From contig WRIJ01000009.1 in the NCBI GenBank assembly GCA_009782785.1, forward strand, positions 25,111-89,110: a stretch of 64,000 nucleotides of DNA, in the 5' to 3' direction. The notes under the pieces are model-generated. The model was not told the DNA's origin. It searched no databases and was given only the letters and a program-made list of their open reading frames with translations. Every line of letters begins with the position of its first letter. Position 1 is the stretch's first letter. Positions 29,062-37,140 of the stretch are shown in pieces. Origin of the DNA: Propionibacteriaceae bacterium (GTDB lineage: Bacteria > Actinomycetota > Actinomycetes > Propionibacteriales > Propionibacteriaceae). A program made the position numbers and the translations under genes.

Positions 29062-30546
29062 GTGATGGAAAGCTCAGTTCTTGTGCGCGTACGCGTTGCC
29101 CCCTCGCCGACAGGTGACCCCCATGTGGGGACCGCCTACATGTCGCTGTTCAATTGGGCGTACGCACAGAAAACCGGTGGACAATTCGTACTGCGCATCG
29201 AAGACACCGATCAAGCAAGATATGTGGAAGGCTCCGAGAAGCAGATCTTCGACCTGTTGGCGTGGCTCGGTTTGACCTGGGATGAGGGTCCCGATATTTC
29301 CGGCCCGTACGCCCCGTACCGCCAATCGGAACGCCTCGACACCTATCGCCCGTACGTGGATCAACTCATCGAGGCCGGACACGCGTACTACTGCTGGTGC
29401 TCTTCGCAGCGCTTAACCCAGATGAGGGATGAGCAGGCCAAAGCGAAACTGTCCACCACTGGGTACGACCGGCTCTGCTATGGCAAGACACGTGAAGAAC
29501 GTGCCCAGCTTCCCGGGTTCAGTGAAACCCCGGTCGTACGCATGCTCATTCCTGATGATATGGACCTGGGTTTCGTGGATATGATTCGTGGTCAGATCAG
29601 TGCTCCGCGCCCCGATGATCAGGTCATACTGAAAGCCGATGGATTCCCGACCTACCATATGGCCGTGGTGGTCGATGATCATCTGATGGGGATCACCCAT
29701 GTCGTACGTGGGGAAGAGTGGATCTCCTCCACGCCAAAACACATCCTGCTCTATCAGTGGCTCGGGTGGGAGGTGCCGGCGTGGTGCCATATGCCGCTGC
29801 TGCGCAATACCGACAAGTCGAAGATTTCGAAACGCAAGAATCCAGCTGCGCGGTTAGTGTGGTTCCAGGAGGAAGGTTATCTACCTGAGGCCCTGTTGAA
29901 CTTCCTGCAACTCATGGGATACCCACCCACCGACGACCAAGAAGTGTGTTCCTTCGAGGATTTTGTGGCCGATTTTGACTGGGCGAAAGTTAATACGGTC
30001 GGTCCAGTGTTTGATGTGAAGAAACTGGACTGGCTCAATGGGCACTATCTTCGCGCGCTGAGTGAAGACGAGTTGGCTCGACGGATCGTGGACTATATCG
30101 AGACCTATCAGGCAGATGGGCTTTCAAGGCTTCTCGGAAAACGGAGTGCTGATTGGAAGCAGGTTGTTCGCCAGGCTGTTCCTCTGATTGCTCCACGGCT
30201 TGTGACCCTGAAAGAGGCTTTAGAGAAGGTACGGTTCCTGTTGGTTGATTTCGTCGCAGTCGATGATGCTGCGCGGGCCAAAGTTGCTGAGGATGCGCCG
30301 ATGGTGTTGCCCCTGGCTGCCGAGGTTCTCGAATCCTTGGTGGACTTCCAAGCCTCTGCGATCCAGGAGGCTCTCGTGACGGGACTCGTTGACGAGCAAG
30401 GATTGTCCAAGAAAACGGTATTCGCCCCGATCAGGGTTGCGATCGCTGGGGCATTGGTGTCCCCACCCCTGTTTGAGTCCATGGAGATTCTCGGGCGCGA
30501 CGAGTCATTGAAACGTCTGCGTGAGTTTCTTCGGTGTGTCCATTGA
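29062..30546 (+). CDS. gltX: Glutamate--tRNA ligase
   Basis: 494-aa ORF with RVAPSPTGDPHVGTAY (HIGH-type) and KISKRK (KMSKS-type). The start could be the GTG at 29062 or the ATG at 29065. Confidence 0.95.
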   Translation: MMESSVLVRVRVAPSPTGDPHVGTAYMSLFNWAYAQKTGGQFVLRIEDTDQARYVEGSEKQIFDLLAWLGLTWDEGPDISGPYAPYRQSERLDTYRPYVDQLIEAGHAYYCWCSSQRLTQMRDEQAKAKLSTTGYDRLCYGKTREERAQLPGFSETPVVRMLIPDDMDLGFVDMIRGQISAPRPDDQVILKADGFPTYHMAVVVDDHLMGITHVVRGEEWISSTPKHILLYQWLGWEVPAWCHMPLLRNTDKSKISKRKNPAARLVWFQEEGYLPEALLNFLQLMGYPPTDDQEVCSFEDFVADFDWAKVNTVGPVFDVKKLDWLNGHYLRALSEDELARRIVDYIETYQADGLSRLLGKRSADWKQVVRQAVPLIAPRLVTLKEALEKVRFLLVDFVAVDDAARAKVAEDAPMVLPLAAEVLESLVDFQASAIQEALVTGLVDEQGLSKKTVFAPIRVAIAGALVSPPLFESMEILGRDESLKRLREFLRCVH

Positions 30547-30700
30547 CCGCAGTTGCTTGACGGTGAGTGTCTAGAAACATCGCGTAGTGACTGCTTATGC
30601 GCTGGTCACTGTTATTTCTCGCACTGATCTGGTGAGGTTTGCACGGTGAGTCACAACGCAACGATTTCATGGGCACACTGCTAGGCAGTCGCGGACCGAC
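30538..30700 (+). repeat. Family-B TIR mini-element, copy B2 (about 163 bp)
   Basis: Starts with GTCCATTGACCGC, identical to 8281-8293, and overlaps the last two sense codons and the stop of gltX. The body aligns with the reverse complement of 8281-8441. The right end is degenerate. Confidence 0.78.
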
Positions 30701-30705
30701 TGTAT

Positions 30706-30790
30706 CCCCACCCTTGTCACCCCGCAGAAGAAACACCCCACCCCCGTCACCCTGCGGAGCGAAGATCGCCCCACCCCCGTCACCCTGCGG
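30706..30790 (+). repeat. Tandem array (3 units, about 25-34 bp) of CCCCACCCCCGTCACCCTGCGGA
   Basis: Units read at 30706, 30731 and 30765. The last unit merges into the arm of the next family-A copy. Confidence 0.65.
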
Positions 30791-30949
30791 ACGGGTGACG
30801 AGCTAAGCGAGGAACACCGTCTCGCAGGGTCCAGATATCACAGTCATCATGAGTAAGAGTCTGCCTAACCCGTCCACCATCAACAGACTCCACAACCATG
30901 GTTAATCGCCTGTCTAGATTCTGCGAGTCGCTTCGCTCCGCAGAATGAC
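30779..30949 (-). repeat. Family-A mini-element, copy A3 (171 bp, long-loop hairpin variant)
   Basis: GTCACCCTGCGGACGGGTGACGAGCTAAGCGAGGAACACCGTCTCGCAGGGTCC ... GGATTCTGCGAGTCGCTTCGCTCCGCAGAATGAC. The long hairpin differs by one base from the one at 49069. An extra partial arm lies at 30962-30979. Confidence 0.8.
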
Positions 30950-31052
30950 AGGGTTGAGGGTGTCGCTCCGCAGAATGACGTGGAAGGTGTCACCCTGCGG
31001 AATCACGCTGCACCTCCGTCACCCTATGAATGAGCGAAGACCACCAACCCCG

Positions 31053-31200
31053 GTCACCCTGCGCGAAGTCGCAGGGTCCAGATATCACACTTGCCATGGT
31101 GGTGACCGTCGGTGGTGGGTGATGCTCCCCAGACTCTTCTTCGGGGATCTCGCTGATCTGGATTCCTGCCAAGTCGTGCTGGCGCACTCCGCGGAATGAC
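31053..31200 (-). repeat. Family-A mini-element, copy A4 (148 bp)
   Basis: Its reverse complement aligns over the full length with A1 and A2 (8123-8271, 8480-8642). Confidence 0.85.
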
Positions 31201-31234
31201 AGTTTCGAGTCATCCATGGACCACTTCGTACCGT

Positions 31235-31240
31235 GATAAT
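31235..31240 (+). promoter_or_regulatory. Candidate -10 hexamer GATAAT for leaderless glnS
   Basis: The hexamer ends 8 nt before the GTG start at 31249. No SD is visible. Confidence 0.3.
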
Positions 31241-31248
31241 CTGGCCGG

Positions 31249-32979
31249 GTGAACGAACCAACAACATCCGCAGGTGATTTCATTGCCGATACGGTGAGAG
31301 CTGACAATGAGAACGGTACGTACTCAGGGCGCGTCCAAACCCGGTTCCCACCCGAACCGAACGGCTACTTGCACATCGGTCACGCCAAGGCGATCACCGC
31401 CGATTTCGGAATCGCAGAGCAATTCTCTGGCACCTGTAACCTCCGGTTCGATGACACCAATCCTGACACTGAAGAAACCGAATATGTCGAATCAATCATT
31501 GACGACATTGAGTGGCTGGGGTTCCATCCGAATCAAGTGTTCTATGCATCGGACTATTTCGAGTCCCTCTATGACTGGGCGGAAGTGCTCATCACCAAGG
31601 GGCTCGCATACGTCGATGACCAGGATCAGGAAACCATCCAGCTCCAACGTGGAGGGTTCGGGAAACCGGGAGTGGAGTCGCCGTACCGTGATCGTACGGC
31701 AGAAGAAAACATGGAACTGTTTCGTGCGATGAGGGCTGGGGAGTTCGCTGATGGCGCGAAAGTGCTGCGGGCCAAGATCGATATGCAGTCGGAGAACATG
31801 CAGTTGCGCGATCCGGTGATGTACCGCATCCGACGCGGTTTCCACCACCGTACTGGCGACACCTGGGTGATTTATCCGACCTATGACTGGGCTCACGGGC
31901 AATCGGATGCCCTGGAGGGGGTCACCCATTCAATGTGTACCCTCGAGTTTGTCACCAATCGTCCACTCTACGACTGGTATCTCAACCATCTTGATCTTCC
32001 GTACGAGAAACCCCAGCAGCTCGAGTTCGCCCGCCTGGAACTCACCCACACGGTGACTTCGAAGCGGAAACTTCGCCAACTGATTGACGATGGTGTGGTC
32101 GATGGGTGGGATGATCCGAGAATGCCCACCCTTCAAGGGTTGCGTCGGCGCGGATATCCAGCGAGTGCGATCAGGAACTTCTGTGCGCATATCGGGATCA
32201 ACAAGACCAATTCTCGCCATTCCTTGGAGGAGCTGGAGTCGTTTGTTCGTACTGAACTCAATCGAAGCTCCCAGCGCAGAATGGCAGTACTCCGACCGCT
32301 GAAACTCGTCATCGATAATTGGCCAACCGAGGATGGACGTACGATTGAAGAAGTTCGAGATGCTGGTGATCAGTCCCCGGGAATCACCACCTGGTTCGAG
32401 ATCGCTAACAATCCGGAGAATGCGGATGATGGGATGCGGCGCGTACCGTTCACAGGCGAGCTGTGGATCGAGTCCGATGATTTCGCGGAAGTTCCACCAC
32501 CGAAGTTTTTCCGCCTGAGTGTGGGGCGTGAGGTACGCTTGCGCGGGGCCTTCCTTGTCACGGCAACTGAGGTCGTCACAGATGACCAGGGTGAGGTTGT
32601 GGAAGTACGTGCGACCTATGACCCGGCATCCGAGGGGGGCAATGCGCCTGATGGCCGCAAGGTGAAATCCACGATGCACTGGGTGAGCGCCACCCATGGG
32701 CTGGACGCGGAGGTACGCCTCTATGAGCGACTGTTTTCGGCCTTGGTGCCCGGGGAAACCACTGGTGACCCACTCGATGACTTGACGAAGAACTCGGTGG
32801 AGGTCTTGGCTGCCAAGGTGGAACCTGCTCTCGCTTCTGGCGATGACGGTGTCGATCCGGGGCAGGTCGTCCAGTTCGAGCGGATCGGTTATTTCGCTGC
32901 TGACCCGAGTCATCCGATGCTTTTTCATCGTACGGTGGGCCTGCGCGACGAGTGGGCCTCCCTCCAGAAGAGGAGTTGA
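31249..32979 (+). CDS. glnS: Glutamine--tRNA ligase
   Basis: 576-aa ORF containing TRFPPEPNGYLHIGHAKAI, CNLRFDDTNP and VTSKRKL. GlnRS-type C-terminal anticodon-binding beta-barrels. Confidence 0.92.
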   Translation: MNEPTTSAGDFIADTVRADNENGTYSGRVQTRFPPEPNGYLHIGHAKAITADFGIAEQFSGTCNLRFDDTNPDTEETEYVESIIDDIEWLGFHPNQVFYASDYFESLYDWAEVLITKGLAYVDDQDQETIQLQRGGFGKPGVESPYRDRTAEENMELFRAMRAGEFADGAKVLRAKIDMQSENMQLRDPVMYRIRRGFHHRTGDTWVIYPTYDWAHGQSDALEGVTHSMCTLEFVTNRPLYDWYLNHLDLPYEKPQQLEFARLELTHTVTSKRKLRQLIDDGVVDGWDDPRMPTLQGLRRRGYPASAIRNFCAHIGINKTNSRHSLEELESFVRTELNRSSQRRMAVLRPLKLVIDNWPTEDGRTIEEVRDAGDQSPGITTWFEIANNPENADDGMRRVPFTGELWIESDDFAEVPPPKFFRLSVGREVRLRGAFLVTATEVVTDDQGEVVEVRATYDPASEGGNAPDGRKVKSTMHWVSATHGLDAEVRLYERLFSALVPGETTGDPLDDLTKNSVEVLAAKVEPALASGDDGVDPGQVVQFERIGYFAADPSHPMLFHRTVGLRDEWASLQKRS

Positions 32980-32988
32980 CGAGGGTGG

Positions 32989-33080
32989 GTCATTCCGCGG
33001 AGTGCGCCAGCACGACTTGGCAGGAATCCAGACTAGTGATCAACCACAATGACCGAGTCTGTCAATGATCACCGGTGGGT
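32989..33080 (+). repeat. Family-A mini-element, truncated copy (left arm plus body, no right hairpin)
   Basis: GTCATTCCGCGGAGTGCGCCAGCACGACTTGGCAGGAATCCAG... matches the reverse complement of 31150-31200. It starts 10 nt after the glnS stop and ends about 17 nt before the purC start. Confidence 0.75.
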
Positions 33081-33084
33081 CAGA

Positions 33085-33090
33085 TAGGAT
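33085..33090 (+). promoter_or_regulatory. Candidate -10 hexamer TAGGAT for leaderless purC
   Basis: The hexamer ends 6 nt before the GTG at 33097. No SD is present. Confidence 0.3.
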
Positions 33091-33096
33091 GCTCGG

Positions 33097-33981
33097 GTGA
33101 CTTATCCTCTGCTCCATGCCGGCAAGGTACGCCGGCTCTATGAACTGCCCGATCCCGAGTTGATGCTCATGGTGGCCTCTGATTCGATCTCAGCTTTCGA
33201 CTATGTGCTCGACACTCCCATCCCGGACAAGGGGATCATTCTTACCCAGATGTCCTTGTGGTGGTTCGACCAACTAGCGGACGTGGTCGACAACCATGTC
33301 GTGTGGGCTTCACGCCTTGATGGCGCCGAGGGCCCGTACCCGATCCCAGATGACTGGCAGGGCCGGTGCATGGTCGTCAAGAAACTGGACATGTTCGAGG
33401 TGGAGTGCATTGCCCGCGGGTACATCACCGGTTCGGGATGGGCGGAGTACCAAGAATCCCAGACGATCACAGGAATCCCCCTGCCTGCGGGACTCATTCA
33501 CGCCAGTCAGCTGCCTGAGCCGATCTTCACTCCCTCGACGAAAGCAGAGATTGGTCTCCACGATGAGAACATCTCCTTCGAGCAGGTCGTGACAATCGTG
33601 GGTGAGGCGGATGCGGCCCGACTCCGCGATCTCACCAAAAAAGTTTTCACTCGTGCTAGTGAGATCGCCGTAACTCGCGGAATCATTCTCGCTGACACCA
33701 AGTTCGAATTTGGGCGCGATAGCCGCGGCGAGATCATTCTCGCTGACGAGGTCCTCACCCCGGACTCTTCACGATTCTGGGATATCAACGACCACACTCC
33801 CGGTCAACAAGTTCCCAGTTTCGACAAGCAGTACGTACGTGACTGGTTGGCGCTCGAATCAGGATGGGATAAAAAAGGATCGAGTGCTCCACCGCCACTA
33901 CCGGACGATATTGTTGCAGCCACGCGGGCGAGGTATGTGGAGGCGTACCATCGTTTGACTGGAAACACCGACATCACCTGA
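33097..33981 (+). CDS. purC: Phosphoribosylaminoimidazole-succinocarboxamide (SAICAR) synthase
   Basis: 294-aa ORF containing GKVRRLYE, ASDSISAFD and ILADTKFEFG. Confidence 0.95.
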   Translation: MTYPLLHAGKVRRLYELPDPELMLMVASDSISAFDYVLDTPIPDKGIILTQMSLWWFDQLADVVDNHVVWASRLDGAEGPYPIPDDWQGRCMVVKKLDMFEVECIARGYITGSGWAEYQESQTITGIPLPAGLIHASQLPEPIFTPSTKAEIGLHDENISFEQVVTIVGEADAARLRDLTKKVFTRASEIAVTRGIILADTKFEFGRDSRGEIILADEVLTPDSSRFWDINDHTPGQQVPSFDKQYVRDWLALESGWDKKGSSAPPPLPDDIVAATRARYVEAYHRLTGNTDIT

Positions 33982-34004
33982 TCGAGACGCACTAGGATGG
34001 TGAC

Positions 34005-34241
34005 ATGGCTCTAGTTGTTGTCAATGTTATGCCCAAGCCGGAGATCCTCGACCCCCAAGGCAAGGCGGTGACCGGTGCCCTTGGACGCATGGGCCACCAG
34101 GGGTTCTCGGTACGTCAAGGCAAGCGCTTCGAGATTGAGGTCACTGGTGAGGTGAACGAGGATCGCTTGAAAGAGATCAGTGAGTTTGCTGAATCTTTGC
34201 TTGCGAACACGGTGATCGAAGACTTCGAGGTCGTGGCATGA
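34005..34241 (+). CDS. purS: Phosphoribosylformylglycinamidine synthase subunit PurS
   Basis: 78-aa ORF containing [15 protein letters not shown]. Confidence 0.92.
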   Translation: MALVVVNVMPKPEILDPQGKAVTGALGRMGHQGFSVRQGKRFEIEVTGEVNEDRLKEISEFAESLLANTVIEDFEVVA

Positions 34242-34903
34242 AAATCGGGGTGGTGACCTTTCCTGGTTCTCTCGATGATTCTGATGCTTTGAGGGCGGTA
34301 CGTCTCATGGGTGGCCAGGGTGTGCCACTGTGGCACCAAGACGATGACCTGCACGGGGTTGATGCGGTGATACTACCGGGTGGTTTCTCCTATGGTGACT
34401 ATCTGCGTTGTGGTGCGATCGCTCGGTTTTCACCCGTGATGGAACAGATCGTACGCCAAGCTAAGTCAGGAATGCCTTTGTTGGGTATTTGTAATGGCTT
34501 CCAGGTCTTGTGTGAAGCGCGACTTCTTCCTGGAGCGCTGATTCGAAATGTGGGGCAGAAGTTCACTTCGGTGACGACACCTTTGAGGCTTGAGTCAACG
34601 TCGACCGCTTGGACGAATGCGTACGCCCAGGGCCAAGAGATCAGCATTGTGCTCAAGAATGGCGAAGGCAACTACCAAGCAGACATTGAAACAGTGACAC
34701 AACTCGAAGCTGAGGGGCGAGTGGTGGTTCGCTACCTCGACAACCCGAATGGGTCAGTGAATGACATTGCGGGGATCACTAACGAACGCGGGAACGTGGT
34801 GGGTCTCATGCCTCACCCCGAACACAATGTGGATCCCACGATCACGACCAACCTTGATGGCCAGGGCTTCTTTCAGTCGTTAGAGGCTTTCTTGAGTCGC
34901 TGA
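34238..34903 (+). CDS. purQ: Phosphoribosylformylglycinamidine synthase I (glutaminase subunit PurQ)
   Basis: 221-aa ORF with [10 protein letters not shown], the GICNGFQ nucleophile elbow and MPHPE. Overlaps the purS stop. Confidence 0.95.
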   Translation: MKIGVVTFPGSLDDSDALRAVRLMGGQGVPLWHQDDDLHGVDAVILPGGFSYGDYLRCGAIARFSPVMEQIVRQAKSGMPLLGICNGFQVLCEARLLPGALIRNVGQKFTSVTTPLRLESTSTAWTNAYAQGQEISIVLKNGEGNYQADIETVTQLEAEGRVVVRYLDNPNGSVNDIAGITNERGNVVGLMPHPEHNVDPTITTNLDGQGFFQSLEAFLSR

Positions 34904-35008
34904 ATGGGAACACAAAAGGTACAGGTGGTTTCAAGTGGTCATTGCATCATGCACGGTTTGTGGGTCTAATAATAGTTGTTGGAAGGTTTCTGTGGCTTTC
35001 CTTGCCTA

Positions 35009-35281
35009 GTCATTCCGCGCCAGCGCGCCAGCGCGACTCGCGGAATCCAGGCTCCACAATCACCACGGTTGTGGAGTCTGTTCATGGTGGTTACATTCGG
35101 GAGACTCACCAATCCGCTTAATGTGATTCCTGGATTCTGTTTCTCACTCCGTTCGTTCAACCACTTCCTTGACCTCGACATGAATGCAAGCATCCCTGCC
35201 CTCGGTCTTCGTCGTGGTGCGAGTCGCGAAGCCTGTGCTGCGGAGCCCGCTAGGGCGACTCGCAGTGCTCCGCAGAATGAC
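35009..35281. repeat. Repeat island: about 273-bp element bounded by two GTCATTC(C/T)GCG arms in inverted orientation
   Basis: Left arm GTCATTCCGCG-ccagcgcgccagcgcgact-CGCGGAATCC. Internal hairpin CTCCACAA-N9-TTGTGGAG. Right part carries the core CTGCGGAGCCCGCTAGGGCGACTCGCAGTGCTCCGCAGAATGAC. An extra GCAGAATGAC lies at 35288-35297. Confidence 0.75.
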
Positions 35282-35311
35282 GGAGAAGCAGAATGACGGG
35301 GTTGGGGTGGC

Positions 35312-35554
35312 TCAGCGGTTTTCGGGGAGGGATTCCCAGATTTCTTTACATTCGGGGCACACCGGGTATTCCTGGGGGTTGCGGGATGGAACCCAGATTT
35401 TTCCGCATAAGGCAACGACAGGGGTACCCATGACCATGGCTTCGGTGAGTTTCTCCCGCGTCACATAGTGAGAGAGGCGCTCGTGGTCTTGGGTGTCCTC
35501 CCTCACCGTCTCACGTTCGAGTACGGTGGTGGATCCTGGGGCTAGCTCACTCAT
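35312..35554 (-). CDS. DUF3039 domain-containing protein
   Basis: 80-aa ORF. HYVTREKLTEAMVMGTPVVALCGKIWVPSRNPQEYPVCPECKEIW matches the conserved actinobacterial DUF3039 pattern as I recall it. Confidence 0.72.
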   Translation of the reverse strand: MSELAPGSTTVLERETVREDTQDHERLSHYVTREKLTEAMVMGTPVVALCGKIWVPSRNPQEYPVCPECKEIWESLPENR

Positions 35555-35650
35555 GGGTCCATTATTTCATCAACCCGGTGAGATGGGCCCCATGGGCACA
35601 TCCCCTACCGCGATAGACTAGGAATCTGCTGAAGGATAAGGACAACCATC

Positions 35651-36454
35651 GTGAAAAAGATCATGAGTTTTTTCGTGGGTGCAGGTTTGCTGCTCGTGGG
35701 TACAGGATGTTCCACTCCACCAGGAGGGGCAGCTGCAGTAGTGAACAATCAGGTCATCAGTGACGCGGTGGTGCAGAAAACATCTCTCATTCTTGCCGAG
35801 TATCTGTATGACGAGTACGTTGCTCAGCGTGAAGCCGGTGAATCCGGTGAATACACTGATGAGAGCGAACCCGCCCAAGCTAATGAATCTCTAGGGGCTG
35901 ATGTCACCGATGATTTCCCTGAAATCGACTTCACTGATGAGGGCCTTGAGGCCAACCCAAATGAAGACATTGCATCGCCAGAAGAGAACGACGCCTTCAC
36001 TGGCGAAGGCCGAGATAACACGAACGAAGAATTGAGCACCGATGACCTTGACTTTCAGGACCTGGTGGTAAGCATGCTTCAAGGCACTTTGGACTCACAG
36101 ATTGTTGGCGCGATTTTAGGTCAGGCGTTTGCGGAAGTTGACGTTGTCTTCAGCGATGAGGATAAAGACCGCTGGGTGATGTACGTTGAACCCGAGTTCA
36201 TTCAGCGATGCTGGGATGACCCTGTGTGTCGTGAGGGATTGGACGGTTATGTCACACAGCAACTGGCCTTTGAGTACATCAACACCGAACCCATGGATTT
36301 CGAGAAATTCGATGCTGCCCTCGACAACATGTCAGTGTGGATGAACCCACGCTATGGCCAATGGGACCCTCAGCAATTGAATAGCAGTGCTTTCCTCGAT
36401 AAGCGCCCGGGTGGAATCCTTGCTGAAACACTTCTGCTCACACCACCAGCCTAA
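35651..36454 (+). CDS. Lipoprotein with acidic low-complexity segment (SurA N-terminal-like)
   Basis: GTG start with AAGGA upstream and lipobox LVGTGCST. Has an Asp/Glu-rich central region. No firm family assignment. Confidence 0.6.
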   Translation: MKKIMSFFVGAGLLLVGTGCSTPPGGAAAVVNNQVISDAVVQKTSLILAEYLYDEYVAQREAGESGEYTDESEPAQANESLGADVTDDFPEIDFTDEGLEANPNEDIASPEENDAFTGEGRDNTNEELSTDDLDFQDLVVSMLQGTLDSQIVGAILGQAFAEVDVVFSDEDKDRWVMYVEPEFIQRCWDDPVCREGLDGYVTQQLAFEYINTEPMDFEKFDAALDNMSVWMNPRYGQWDPQQLNSSAFLDKRPGGILAETLLLTPPA

Positions 36455-36456
36455 CT

Positions 36457-37113
36457 ATGCCCGAGACAGACACCATCCTCACCCAGCTTCGCCGACTTCA
36501 CGAGGTCATGCATACCCTGCGGGAAAAATGCCCATGGGACCACCAGCAAACCCATGAGACTCTCATGACCTATCTCATTGAAGAAACTGCAGAAGTTGTT
36601 GAAGCAGTCGAGATGGGTGATGACGAGAACCTTCTCGAAGAACTTGGTGATCTTCTTCTTCAAGTATTTTTCCACGCCGAGATTGCCTCCGAGCGTGGAG
36701 CCTTCGACTTGGGCGATATCGCTCAGGCGATTTCTGACAAACTCATTGCCCGCCACCCGTACATCTATCAAGACGAATCTATTCCGAAAGATGTGTGGGG
36801 GTCCTGGGAGAAGCGTAAACGCGAAGAAAAGAATAGGGCATCCAGTGTCGATGGCATCCCTGATGGCTTGAGTTCACTGGCGAGAGCCTACAAGGTGGTG
36901 ACGAGGATAAGATCCCACGACGTTGGTCTCCCTCTTGCTGATACCCCGATTTCGTCTCAGGAGGTGGGGGAGCAATTGCTGGAGATTGTGGCCCGCGCCC
37001 ATGCCCACAATATTGACCCGGATCAGGCTTTACGCCAAGCAGTGCGCCGCCTCGAAGTGAACGTACGCGATGTTGAACCTCAGTCTTCGGATTCTGGGGC
37101 TAAGCGACCCTGA
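36457..37113 (+). CDS. mazG: Nucleoside triphosphate pyrophosphohydrolase MazG
   Basis: 218-aa ORF containing LREKCPWDHQQTHETLMTYLIEETAEVVEA...EELGDLLLQVFFHA. Confidence 0.9.
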   Translation: MPETDTILTQLRRLHEVMHTLREKCPWDHQQTHETLMTYLIEETAEVVEAVEMGDDENLLEELGDLLLQVFFHAEIASERGAFDLGDIAQAISDKLIARHPYIYQDESIPKDVWGSWEKRKREEKNRASSVDGIPDGLSSLARAYKVVTRIRSHDVGLPLADTPISSQEVGEQLLEIVARAHAHNIDPDQALRQAVRRLEVNVRDVEPQSSDSGAKRP

Positions 37114-37140
37114 ATTGACCTGATCACTAGACTGACTGAT

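Larger units (their letters stand above)
27725..29085 (+). repeat. Tandem duplication, period 686 bp (units about 27725-28399 and 28411-29085)
   Basis: The leader, signal-peptide region, 3' end, terminator hairpin and the first 24 nt of gltX are near-identical between units. The central approximately 170 nt of each lipoprotein gene is diverged. Confidence 0.9.

Noticed and set aside
31930-32928. 332-aa ORF on the minus strand
   Set aside because: It is antisense to glnS and has no recognisable domain.
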